From NCBI RefSeq assembly GCF_001194135.2, contig NC_068987.1, positions 7,635,968-7,699,967 of the forward strand: 64,000 nt of DNA. The letters run 5' to 3'. Both the position numbers and the translations under genes were made by a program. Below the pieces are notes generated by a model. That model worked only from the letters and a program-made list of their open reading frames with translations, was not told where the DNA came from and did no database searches. Origin of the DNA: Octopus bimaculoides (taxonomy: Eukaryota). This document shows positions 51,199 through 63,720 of the stretch, in pieces; positions within the stretch are counted from its first letter, which is position 1; every line of letters starts with the position of its first letter.

Positions 51199-52303
51199 CT
51201 GGAAAATACAAGTTGAACGTAAAACATGTTATATCAAGAATCTTACTCCATCAATTCTTACCCTACTTCTGCATTCCATGTTTCAATTTATTTCTCAAGA
51301 TCAAAGCTGTTTTTTGTTTAGTAGCAGATTTAATTCATCACCCTGTTTAACACTAACTTCTTTTGCTAACCCTGCCTTGAGCAGGGATAAATACAGTACA
51401 TTCTGTGAAGTGGGTGATGTTAGGAAGGACATCCAGCTGTAGTAATAATACCAAAAATGGAGCAGACAAAAGGGACACGATCCACTGACCCCTCTAACAA
51501 AGCAATAACTTTGAATAAAAGCATGCTTGGACCCTGATGACCTGTGCACCTGATGCCAGCACGGAAAGCAGGTGTAAAATGATGATGCTGACAGTTAATG
51601 GTAGTATAATACTATTGAATAGTATCTTGGACGGTGGCCATACTGGAGCACTGCCCTGAAGGATTTAGTAATGGATCTTTATTGGTTTTTGACACGGAGT
51701 TCTCAGCTGTGTGATTAAATGAGATACCTAGTCAATGAATTTGCATAAAAGTGGTTGAATATGCCTCAGTAATGTACCTTTAATATCACTCTCAGGCGAG
51801 TGACAAGGTGAAACCTTTAAATTACAGGTAAAACCCATCCAGCTGGCTTCAACAAAGTTTCCATTTTCCTAAATTCAATCAAAAGGCTTGGGTCAACATG
51901 AAAGTATGATAAAACACAATTTCCCATGATGCTCTGCAGCAAACTTCAATCCTATGACCTCATGACTGTGAAGTAAATATCTTGACCATTTAGCCATAGT
52001 ACATCCACATTCATGTTGTTATACATTGCTGATTACCATGCACTTCTAATTCTTTCTTGATTGAACCATTTTTTTCCACCTTAGCTCAAACCATTTAATT
52101 AAATCATCTTCCCATCACCATGGAGGCCTTCCCAGTGGCTTTTCTGATCTCTTCGGTACCACCTTATTGTCTAAGAATCTTGCAACATAGAACTTGTGCT
52201 TTCAGTATTCTGCGATTGCAGAATATAAAAACTGTAATACTGAGGGTGATAAAACATGTAGAATAATAGAAAAATCTGTTATTCAACGCTGGAAATTACT
52301 TAC

Positions 52304-52366
52304 CACAACTGATTTAAGGGAATGGACCACAACCCAGTTAATCTCATCAAACAGTTTATCCGAGAC
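52304..52366 (-). CDS. TTLL1: TTLL1 exon 9 (VSDKLFDEINWVVVHSLKSVV)
   Basis: CTCCAG/GTAAGT, 63 nt. Human: [21 protein letters not shown]. Confidence 0.95.
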
Positions 52367-52529
52367 CTGGAGAGAAAGACCAAAAACAAAAAAAAATTCA
52401 ATTCAAAGAATATTTTCAAAAACATGTAAAAGTAAAGATCCCCTTCAGTTATGAATGACCATGGGATTGCACCTAGAAAGTTCCCTTCTGAGGCACAAAG
52501 CCAGGCAAGGCTATTTTTATAGAAGACCA

Positions 52530-52795
52530 ACAGTGGCCGATGCATACCAGCCTGCTTTCTCCAAGCCACTGATGTTATTCAAGGAAAAAGCAAAGGGGCC
52601 GATACAGCTTGGCCCCAGTGATGTCACACAACTCATTTCTGTAGCTGAGTGAACTGCAGCAATGTGAAATAAAGTGTCTTGCTCAAGAACACAACACAGC
52701 CTGGGCCAGGAATCAAACTCACTCCCTCGTGATTGCGAGCCAGATGCTCTAACCACTGAGCCATGCACCATCGCAATAAAATGTAAATACAAATT
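52530..52795 (-). mobile_element. tRNA-headed SINE with CORE-like body (GAGCAAGACACTTTATTTCACATTGCT...)
   Basis: tRNA-like head near 52790; related copies at ~22290-22520, 47625-47780, 58340-58610. The CORE label is an inference. Confidence 0.6.
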
Positions 52796-53193
52796 ATGTT
52801 TGTTTTTTATTTCACATTGTAATGATTACAAATTTTGGCATAAGGCCACAATTGTTTTTCAGAAGGGGTTAACTCCGCCAGCATCATCATCATTTCATCA
52901 TCATCATCATCGTTATCGTCGTTTAACGTCTGCTTTCCATGCTAGCATGGGTTGGACAATTTTAATGTCCGTATTCCATGCTAGCATGGGTGGGATGGTA
53001 CCACAAGAGCCAGCCAGGCCGAAGCCTGCACCGGACTTCTGTGACTGTTTTGGCAGCATTTTTACAGCTGGATTTAATCAATACTCATTTTATTGATCTC
53101 CTCGAACTTTGAATAAAAAGAGACATAAGTAAATACAGTAAGACCTCTTTTTTGCATGGCCCTTTATTGCTTCTACTGGCCCTTTAAGTTTCA

Positions 53194-53352
<159 letters not shown>

Positions 53353-53637
53353 CTAAAACAATGGAAACAGTTTAAACTGATTCTAATGGCAGAAACACAT
53401 ATTTTGTACCACACACACACACACATATAAAATATAAAATGTAAATTGATGACAAATGGCAAAACAAAAACAACTGTAATCGAATGAATGTACAGATTTA
53501 ATGTATTAGTTTGATACACGGTGAAGATTTCAGACAGAAAACTAAAAATAAGAATATGTTTGGAGAAAGTCCACAGAAAAGGATAAAGAAGAAAGGATGG
53601 ATAACTGGGAGAAAAGCACTTGAGTAGCTACATTGTC

Positions 53638-53659
<22 letters not shown>

Positions 53660-53669
<10 letters not shown>

Positions 53670-53915
53670 TCTGTTGTGTCTGGGGACAGTCATTTTCTTT
53701 TTGTGCCTTATAATTTAACATACTCACAGGTAAAATTTCCACTTGTTCTTTATTTTTATCTATCTATCTATCTAAAAAAAAAAAGAAAGAAGTGGAAATT
53801 TTACCGGTGAGTGTGTTAAATTATAAGGCACAAAAAGAAAATTACTCTCTCCAGACACAACACAATATACTTCAACACACAAACTCACATAAAGAATCTT
53901 GTAAACCAAATCTAA
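53660..53915. mobile_element. Second copy of the palindromic element, TTLL1 intron 7
   Basis: Arms ~53660-53742 and ~53800-53880. Confidence 0.7.
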
Positions 53916-55679
53916 AAATGAAATATATATATATGTATACAGAGAGAGAGAGACAGGCAGACAGACAGATAGATAGATAGGTAAGTAGGTAGATATGTAT
54001 ATATATATATATATATATATATGCGCATGCGCACAAACACACATGACAGGTTCTTTCAGTTTCCATCAACTAAATCCACACACAGGACTTTGGTTGGCCC
54101 AGGGCTAGAGTTAAAAACACTGGCCCAAGGTGTCACACACTGGGACTGAACCCAGAACCATGTGGTTGGGAAGCAAACTTCTTACCACACAGCCACACCT
54201 GCACCTATGTGAAAAAGGAAAGAAAAAAAATAACTAAAACTAGAAAACAACAACAAAAAAAATGTTATTAGAAAAACAAAATAAATTCTTGTAAATATTG
54301 TAAACGAGAAACATTTAAAGTATATACCATTCCCTATGTTAATTAGATGACAAACAAATCACATTCTTTTGATGTTCTCTTCAGGCTGTGTCAAGCATTT
54401 CGCTTAATTTGCAACTAGATGGCAGTAAAACTCACCGAAGAAACATTTAGTATATTTGTAATTAACAATCAAGGATAAAAGAGTTTCGGTCTTTGGAAAT
54501 GCCATAGTTCTGATGCAAATTTATTTATAACAAAGATAGAATGATAATTTCTCCTAATTGAGTTATTAAACATGAAAACGACCTTTTACCATTCTCTTTT
54601 CCTCAAAGACACTACCAGGAGAATGGCATCAAAACTGAACAAAGATAATGGCTTTTAAGCTGTTTTCCTTGAGGGTAACGTACCATGTCAGATGTATTCA
54701 CTTTGTAATTCAATCTCTGTAATCTAATCTTAAATTTCCGGAAGCTTCTATTCAGACTTTGGAGCTTACAGATTAATCTCAATCTACATTTCCCTCGTTA
54801 ACTCTCTCCATATGGAAAGCAAAACAAGTAAAAGGAATAAATATATAAACATATAAATATATCGAATAATATCTATGCTGAGGCCAGGTGTAGCTAAGTA
54901 GGTGAGCAGTTATGGAGGCTCGTTTTATGAACCATACATTCTGCATTCGATCCCTTCCTAACGCCAGACATTCAATTATGAAGCAAAAGAACTGTAAAAC
55001 TTTGTGTACGAGATGTATATGACGAAATTAGGCTGGTTGCCTTCCAACCATGTGGTTTTGGGTTCAGTCCCACTGTGTGGTGCCACAGGCAAGTGTCTTC
55101 TACTATAGCCCCAAGCTGACCGATTCCAAGGTGGAAACTGAAAGAAGGCTGCTGTATATACCTGTCTGCTTCTCTCTCTTTCTCTCTCTCTCTCTCTCAC
55201 ACTCTCTGTCTGTCTGTCTCTCTCACTCACTCACTGTCTGTCTCTCCTTATATATACACACACACACACACACACACATATATCATCATCGTTTAACGTC
55301 CGCTTTCCATGCTAGCGTGGGTTGGATGATTTGACTGAGGACTGGTGAAAACCAGAATATATATATATATATATATATATATANNNNNNNNNNNNNNNNN
55401 NNNNNNNNNNNNNNNNNNNNNNNNNNNNNNNNNNNNNNNNNNNNNNNNNNNNNNNNNNNNNNNNNNNNNNNNNNNNNNNNNNNNNNNNNNNNNNNNNNNN
55501 NNNNNNNNNNNNNNNNNNNNNNNNNNNNNNNNNNNNNNNNNNNNNNNNNNNNNNNNNNNNNNNNNNNNNNNNNNNNNNNNNNNNNNNNNNNNNNNNNNNN
55601 NNNNNNNNNNNNNNNNNNNNNNNNATATATGCATGTATGTATACATATAGATGTAGGCATGTACATATATGTATGAATA

Positions 55680-56030
55680 TATCATCATCATCATCATCAT
55701 CGTTTAACGTCCGCTTTCCATGCTAGCATGGGTTGGACGATTTGACTGAGGACTGGTGCAACCGGATGGCTACACCAGGCTCCAATCTAATTTGGTAGAG
55801 TTTCTACAGCTGGATGCCCTTCCTAACGCCAACCACTCAGAGAGTGTAGTGGGTGCTTTTACGTGTCACCCGCACGAAAACAGCCACGCTCGAAATGGTG
55901 TCTTTTATGTGCCACCTGCACAAGAGCCAGTCCAGGGGCACTGGCAACGATCTCGCTTGAAAACCCTACAAGGCCAGTCAGGCGGTACTGGCAACGGTCA
56001 CGCTCAGGATGGTACATCTTATGTGCCATT
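55680..56030 (-). mobile_element. Family C element in TTLL1 intron 7
   Basis: (CAT)n-CGTTTAACGTCCGCTTTCCATGCTAGCATGG start; matches 23060-23343. Confidence 0.8.
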
Positions 56031-56516
56031 ATTTATATATATATATAAGTATGCTGACCACTGGTTGAAATTGATATGATTTAATAATATTAATTTCTAT
56101 TTCTATTATTTAATTTCATATATCTGTGTTCCGTAGCCATTTGATTCACTGCTGAATATCATTCATTGCATTTATTTTCTGGTTTAACACGCTAGTACGA
56201 GGATGTTTGAATCGAAGTTAAAATACATAATATTGGAACTCTGTATGTTCGTATCCTCTCACAGAGACGGGTGGTATGCAGTTCCATTGTTATATCAGCA
56301 CCAATTTCTCTGAGGAGACACAGACAATTATGGAATTGTTCATGTTGAAACCTTAAGGAATGGAATTAAGAACTGTCTTAATTTGTCTTGCTCATAAACA
56401 ACCTAGCGTCTTGCTAATTTGAGAACACAGATTTCTTGGTAAGACGGTTTAACATCTATTTTTAGCATACAAGGGATCCACACAGTGGTCTCTCATATTG
56501 TTTATATTTAAATAGA

Positions 56517-56652
56517 ATTCCTAAGACACCTGATGAAGGCTGGAGGGTATATCAGCCGAAATGTTGTGTTCACAACAAACAAGATGAGGACAAACATCCG
56601 TCAAATGTAAATAATGTATATAATTCCTCATCTCTTAAATATAGAACTGTAT
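56517..56652 (+). mobile_element. Hammerhead-bearing short repeat, copy 2 (5'-shorter)
   Basis: Direct sequence match to 12372-12516. Confidence 0.6.
56525..56570 (+). ncRNA. Minimal type I hammerhead ribozyme motif, copy 2 (stem III C>U)
   Basis: GACAC-CUGAUGA-A-GGCUG-loop-CAGCC-GAAA-UGUU-GUGUU; same element as 12380, inside TTLL1 intron 7 on the antisense strand. Confidence 0.65.
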
Positions 56653-56665
56653 TAGCAGGTAGTTA

Positions 56666-56921
<256 letters not shown>

Positions 56922-56954
56922 ACACACATACATATATAAATGTCAAATAATGAA

Positions 56955-57450
56955 AATTTGAACTCAGAATGTAAAGACATTAAATACTGCAAAGCATTTC
57001 ATCTGGCTTGCTAACGTTTCTGCCAGCTCAATGCCTTCTTCAATATTGAATATTCTTTTCTACCTAGGCACAAGGCCCGAAATTTTGGGGGAGGGGGCCA
57101 GTCAATTAGATCGACCCCAGTACGCAACTGGTACTTAATTTATCAACCCCGAAAGAATGAAAGGTAAAGTCGACCACAGTGAAATTTGAACTCAGAATGC
57201 AAAGACAGATGAAATACCGCTAAGCATTTCGCCCGGCGTGCTAACGTTTCTGCCAGCTCGCTGCTTTTTTGATCGTGTAGTATTCTTTTCTACACTTGGC
57301 ACAAGGCCAGAAATTTTGGGGGAAGGGTCCAGTCGATTAGATTGACCTCAGTACACAACTGGTATTTAATTTATCAACCCCGAAAGGATGAAAGTCAAAA
57401 TTGACCTTGACGGAATTTGAACTCAGAACGTAACGACAGATAAAATACCA
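56955..57450 (-). mobile_element. Head-to-tail array of about three family D SINEs filling TTLL1 intron 6
   Basis: Repeated TTTCTAC..GGCACAAGG...GAATTTGAACTCAGAA units. Confidence 0.8.
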
Positions 57451-57482
57451 CTCAATACAGAATATTAAGCAAACAAAACTCA

Positions 57483-57734
<252 letters not shown>

Positions 57735-58118
57735 TCATTACCGGCCAGCCATGAGATTCGAACTCACATCCCTGAGATTATGCATCTTGAAGGTAAAGCA
57801 CTTGACGTGTAATCACATTTGACAACATACTATCAAAAACAACAAAGTGTAATAGAACCTGTGTGTGTCTATTACTGGCATAATGACCCTCCTTTAATTT
57901 TAGATTTTCTTTGTCTTTTTTACCCTAACACAGAGTTTGATTGTTATGCAAATTCTAGCTTTGTCCCAGATTAGTATAATTAATGTATTAAGACAAGAGC
58001 TCTGTATAATGCCATTTCCTTTTAAAGGTGACTAATTCACTGCTTCAAGAAAGACAATTGGTATAAAGCAAGAAGATAAAAAGTTCTGAAGGTTAAACAA
58101 AATCTTCGTCGTTATCAC

Positions 58119-58194
58119 CTGTTTGTTTTGCTGTCTCGGGACCATTTCTTGAGTTGAGAAAGTTTGTTGACCAGAAATATACCAATTCCACGAG
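58119..58194 (-). CDS. TTLL1: TTLL1 exon 5 (A/[24 protein letters not shown]/S)
   Basis: CTTCAG/GTGATA, 76 nt. Human: [25 protein letters not shown]. Confidence 0.96.
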
Positions 58195-58649
58195 CTGAAG
58201 ACATAAAAAAAAAAGTGCATTGTAAACATACTCTTTTACTTGTTTCAGTCATTTGACTGTAGCCATGCTGGAGCACCGCCTTTCCTCGAGCAAATCGACC
58301 CCAGGACTTATTCTTTGTAAGCCTAGTACTTTTTCTATCAGTCCCTGGGCATTATTGTCTCACGTTCTAAGGCTCATGGGGTCAGTTACCCATTTACCAA
58401 AGTGTTTAAGTGACAGAAATCACAGTCTGTTCTCCCTGAATGGAATATCAGTCTATTGCAAGGTCACTCATTTATACCTGAGGGAATTGGAACAATGTAA
58501 AATGAAGTGTTCTGATCAAAATCACAACACACTGCCCAATCCGTGAATTGAAACCACAATCTGACAATCATGAATGCAACACCCTAACCACTAGGCTATA
58601 CGCATTCACTCCCTCAACCTTACTCTGATATAATATGTATTAATATATT

Positions 58650-59010
58650 TTTCTACTCTAAGCACAAGGCCCAAAATTTTGAGGGAGGGGGCCAGTCGAT
58701 TAGATCAACACCAGTATGTAACTGGTACTTAATTTATCAACCCTGAAAGAATAAAAGACAAAATCAACCTCAGCGGAATTTGAACTCAGAATGTAATCTT
58801 TTCTACTCTAGGCACAAGGCCCAAAATTTTTTGGGGACGGGACCAGTCAATTAGATCGACCCCAGTACTCAACTGCTACTTAATTTATCGGCCCTGAAAG
58901 GATAAAAGGCAAAGTTGACCTTGGTGAAATTTGAACTCAGAACATAAAGACAGATGAAACACCGCTAAGCATTTCACCAGGCATGCTAATGCTTCTGCCA
59001 GCTCGCTGCC
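58650..59010 (-). mobile_element. Tandem pair of family D SINEs in TTLL1 intron 4
   Basis: Units at 58650-58795 and 58796-59010. Confidence 0.8.
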
Positions 59011-59570
59011 TTATGACATGTATTAACATTACTGAGACCTTTATCTTACTTTGGCTTATCTCTGAGATTCTTGGCTTAAATAGTGAGAGTCATGGTAGTG
59101 TTGTACAAGCTGTTCTCGTCTTAAATTCACACAAGCATTGCTGATAACTAATGAATTTACTTCATTATATTTTTCTAATCGTTAGTGATTAGAAGCAACA
59201 GTGCTCATGCCCTTTGCAAGTAATCTCAAGCAAATAAGATTAGTGGAGATAACATCTTTAAGTTGGTGTCTTTAAAATAAAAACATGAGATAAAAAATGC
59301 CAGAGGACTGTTGTTCTTGTAAGAAAGAATAAAGGGTGTGTCTAGTGAGAGGGTACTGAGAGCAATAAGTGAGACCTAGGTGGAGAGAGTGCAGCAAGCC
59401 CATTGACTATTAAGCAGGTGCTTGTTGTATAATGTAGGAAATCAGCCACTAAAGACAGAACTAAAACTGGATGTGTGAAGGACTGTCACCAAACACCAAT
59501 GATAGGTGGCTCTGATGAAAGGTTTCAACTGAGCTTACACAAGCCAGGTTTTCAATCAACCCTCTCAAAT

Positions 59571-59963
59571 GTTGTTGTTGTTGTTGTTGGCACTCCATCG
59601 CTTACGACGTCGAGGGTTCCAGTTGATCCGATCAACAGAACAGCCTGCTCGTGAAATTAACGTGCAAGTGGCTGAGCACTCCACAGACACGTGTACCCTT
59701 AACGTAGTTCTCGGGGATATTCAGCGTGACACTGTGACAAGGCTGACCCTTTGAATTACAGGCACAACAAAAACAGGAAGAAAGAGTGAGAGAAAGTTGT
59801 GGTGGAAGAGTACAGCAGGGTTCCCCACCATCCCCTGCTGGAGCCTCGTGGAGCTTCAGGTGTTTTCGCTCAATAAACACTCACAACGCCCGGTCTGGGA
59901 ATCGAAACCGCGATCCTATGACCGCAAGTTCGCTGCCCTAACCACTGGGCCATTGCACCTCCA
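59571..59963 (-). mobile_element. Full-length tRNA-derived SINE, family A (head GGAGGTGCAATGGCCCAGTGG, (AAC)n tail)
   Basis: tRNA-like A/B boxes and 14-bp TSD CAACCCTCTC(A/T)AAT at 59557-59570 and 59964-59977. Confidence 0.9.
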
Positions 59964-60516
59964 CAACCCTCTCTAATATGTATCCAGCATATCACAAGAA
60001 ATGCAGGTCAGCCTGGGAAGGTTTCCCTAAGAATTACAAAGATTGTTTTTACAAGCCTCAAACACTAAAACTATGACGGTCAGTTTTTTTTTGTTTTTTT
60101 TTTATCTACCATCCTGACCCATATCTTTAACTGTATTTAGCCTGACATTATCAATTACATCCATTTATTTTTCTACTTTTTTCTCGCCAGCTTCAAGACT
60201 TTCTGGTTCACACAAATGCATTCCAGATATTACTGGCAATCACCAGACACTTAAATAAACAAGTCTGACGTATTCGGTTAAAAGTTTTGTTTTCTTAATT
60301 ACGAAATTTCCTATCGCTAAGTAACTCATACCTTTTCAGGTTTCTCACATACGAGACTTCTCACACAACAAGGTCAATTAGCCAGGAAATATTCTTTCTA
60401 TCTTTCTGCTGTTATATCTATTGTAAGTTATTCTATCTGACATTTCTGCTGTTGGTTTACTCGAGTCAGCTTTGCTTGGACATATTTAAACATATCCTCA
60501 ATTTAAAAATAAATAT

Positions 60517-60548
<32 letters not shown>

Positions 60549-60748
60549 TATCATCATCATTATCATCATCAAAACCACGATCCTATGACCACGAGTCCGC
60601 TGTCCTAACCACTGGGCCATTGCGCCTCCACACAGTGTAATAATGGTACAGAAACCTTCAGTTTTTTTTTAGTTGGTAGAGAGATATATTTTGTAAACCT
60701 AGGCAACAGTGGAAGAAGAATAGACTAAAACAAAAAAGATGCAGTTTA

Positions 60749-60925
<177 letters not shown>

Positions 60926-60962
60926 TTACATTTGGCAGAGAAATCCGAATTCTAAAGGGTTA

Positions 60963-61337
<375 letters not shown>

Positions 61338-61368
61338 TTAATTGTAATAACAAACACTGGGATTAATT

Positions 61369-61403
<35 letters not shown>

Positions 61404-61689
61404 GATTATTAGAATGCTGGGCAATATGCTTAGCGTCATTTTGTCTGTCTTCACATTCTGTGTTCAAGTTCCACTGAGGTCAATTTTGCCTTTCACCCCT
61501 CCAGGGTTGACTAGCTCCCTCCCACAATTTTCAGGCCTTGTGTCTATAGTAGAAAGAATTATTGTTGTTGCTGTTGTTGTGCTGTCTCATAGCAAATTTG
61601 TTGAAAGATGGGTGACTGTTGGAAGAATGGCCAGTATAAACAGACCAATTCTGAGAATACACCTGTAAAAAAAGGTAATGTAAAAGGAG

Positions 61690-61945
61690 AAAGGGCTCTA
61701 TACCCCTTTCTTATTTTCTGTCCAGGCTCCTATGGCTTTTATGGGTTTTCCACGTGTAACCTTTCGAAGCGCCTCCCCCTATTGGGAGTCTTATTTGTTA
61801 TATCTTTCTCTGTTTTCCTCACTGTTTACACGAACGTTTTCTACCTTTCGGACAAAACCCTTTGTAACCTTCATCCTGTTTTTGTCCTTACATGTTTTTA
61901 ATTTATATTAGCCCTTGTGGCCAATAAAACCAGAATTAATTATTA
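61690..61945 (+). mobile_element. Probable LINE 3' UTR ending in AATAAA and an (ATT)n tail
   Basis: Pyrimidine-rich tract ending TAGCCCTTGTGGCCAATAAA, then ATT repeats. No ORF evidence. Confidence 0.4.
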
Positions 61946-62035
61946 TTATTATTGATTTTACTCATGGTTCACTCTTATTCTTAGTAGGATTTAAACCTTT
62001 CATTACCAACCTGGCTGAAACCAGCTCTAGAACTG

Positions 62036-62238
62036 CCTGACTGGCCCTCGTGCCGGTGGCACATAAAAAGCGCCCACTACACTCTCAGAGTGGTTGGCGT
62101 TAGGAAGGGCATCCAGCTGTAGAAATTCTGCCAGATCAGATTGGAGCCTGGTGTAGCCTCCTGGCTTGCCAGTCCTCAGTCAAACCGTCCAACCCATGCC
62201 AGCATGGAAAGCGGACATTAAACGATGATGATGATGAT
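62036..62238 (+). mobile_element. Family C element in TTLL1 intron 2
   Basis: Matches 21040-21246. Confidence 0.8.
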
Positions 62239-62314
62239 CACAGACACGCACACACAAACACGCATGTAAGTGTTATAAAGTAGGAAATATATGTCAATGG
62301 GTGTAGTTACTCAC

Positions 62315-62380
62315 TGGTCATCTGCTAAACGATAGCCATTGTCCACACTGAAGATGTCTCTGATATTCTGCACTGAAGCC
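62315..62380 (-). CDS. TTLL1: TTLL1 exon 2 (W/ASVQNIRDIFSVDNGYRLADD/Q)
   Basis: TTGCAG acceptor, GTGAGT donor, 66 nt, phase 2-2. Human: [23 protein letters not shown]. Confidence 0.95.
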
Positions 62381-62641
62381 CTGCAAAGAAACAAATAAAA
62401 ATATGTCACAAAAACATAGAAAATAATAAAAGAAAGTAAGAAAAGAGAAAATTTACAATTTTAAAAATACAACTAAATCCACTCACAAGCTTTGATCAGC
62501 CTAGGGTTGTAAAAGACACTTACCCAAGGTGCTGTGCAGTGGGATTGAACTTGCAACTACACAGTCAGGAAACGAGTTTCTTACCCACACAGCCACGCTT
62601 GTGCCTGACCAAGCCTTTATCTTCCATTGGTATTACATGCT

Positions 62642-62778
62642 CTCGTGTCGCTACTGTGAGTGCCACCCGAGGCAGCCCTTCCGTTTGCCTCCCCTGAACC
62701 CCACAAAAAACAAGTGCCACCCCTCTAAAAGAGTCGCCCAGGGCCGACCACCCCTGCTCCCTCCCCAGCTGCACTAAT
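62642..62778. mobile_element. Diverged inverted copy of the 18389-18556 MITE in TTLL1 intron 1
   Basis: Reverse complement aligns by eye (CTGGGCG..CTTTTA.AGGG..GCACTT...TTTGTGGGGT.C.GGG). Confidence 0.55.
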
Positions 62779-62887
62779 GATTATATGCTTATATTAGTGT
62801 TTGTTATCACTGAAGCAAATTTGAATCAAAGCTTTTCATCATCATTTGATTATTCATAAGTCAACATTAAGAAAGCACATAACATAC

Positions 62888-62997
62888 CAGTAGAAGTTCC
62901 AGTTTTCATCTGGGTTTACAGCTACCCAACCACGGGCCTCAAAATTATGCAGCAACACCGATTTATCTTGATCACATGCATATCGGATTGCAGGCAT
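62888..62997 (-). CDS. TTLL1: Tubulin polyglutamylase TTLL1, coding exon 1 (MPAIRYACDQDKSVLLHNFEARGWVAVNPDENWNFY)
   Basis: ATG at 62997, donor GTATGT, 110 nt. Matches the recalled human N-terminus (KSVLINNFEKRGW...DWNFYW). An acceptor TTTTACAG at ~63020 implies an upstream non-coding exon. Confidence 0.93.
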
Positions 62998-63059
62998 GTC
63001 CACTATACTTTACACTTCACTGTAAAATAGACATCATATATAATAATAATAATAACAAT

Positions 63060-63168
63060 GACGTAAAGGGGAAGGCAAAAATCCTCTGGGACTTTGATTT
63101 CCAGACAGACAAGGAGTTAGAGCACCGAAGGCCAGATATAGTAACCTTTAGGAGAGACAAACAAGAGT
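63060..63168 (+). mobile_element. R4/Dong-type retrotransposon fragment (PD-(D/E)xK endonuclease start)
   Basis: KAKILWDFDFQTDKELEHRRPDIVTFRRDKQE, preceded by (AAT)n. Confidence 0.75.
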
Positions 63169-63289
63169 TTGATCAATGGGAAACACTATGCTGGTTAAGG
63201 AAAGGTCAGTCCTTTGTTTAGGGTTTGACCTATATTATTGACTATAGTCTATATTAACAGAGAACATTTCCTATCAATTGCTCTTTTGT

Positions 63290-63720
63290 GTCAGCAATGA
63301 CCGAGAGCATGACTTTCCCTTTGCTCTTCGCTCGACATACGAAGAGAAACTTCCGACCGCAAGAAAGACGATGCCACCTTTACCCTTTCTTTCTTGTCAG
63401 CACTGTGCATTCTTTACCCTTTCACTCTCTACTGGCAGATAGCAACTTCTACACCATCAACTACCAACCAGCGAGCGAACTTGTTACTGCCACTACAATT
63501 ACTGCTGTATCTCTACCTGTCGGGCAAACGAATAAATATATGTAAATAATATTTTTTTCCTTCTCGGTATTGATTCTGCGATGTTCACAGGTTACCCCGA
63601 CGCGAGAACCTTCAAGCGTTACATCTACACGTTACATTCGGTCGTCGGCTACATCATATCGACGTGATATGGGCACATCGCATTCTGCTACAATTGGTGA
63701 CCCTCAGCCGCTACAGTATG
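63290..63720. promoter_or_regulatory. Candidate TTLL1 promoter or 5' non-coding exon
   Basis: CpG-rich island upstream of the 63020 acceptor; ACTTCCG at 63349-63355; ACTACAATT at 63492; possible minus-strand donor CAG/GTAGAG at 63517. Confidence 0.4.

Noticed and set aside
51533-51580. CTGATGA...GGAAAGC resembling a hammerhead core
   Set aside because: No stem I or III pairing; it is a degenerate family C tail.
57735-57810. tRNA gene candidate with a GTTCGAATC B-box; also the tRNA-like heads of all SINEs
   Set aside because: No complete cloverleaf could be drawn; consistent with SINE heads.
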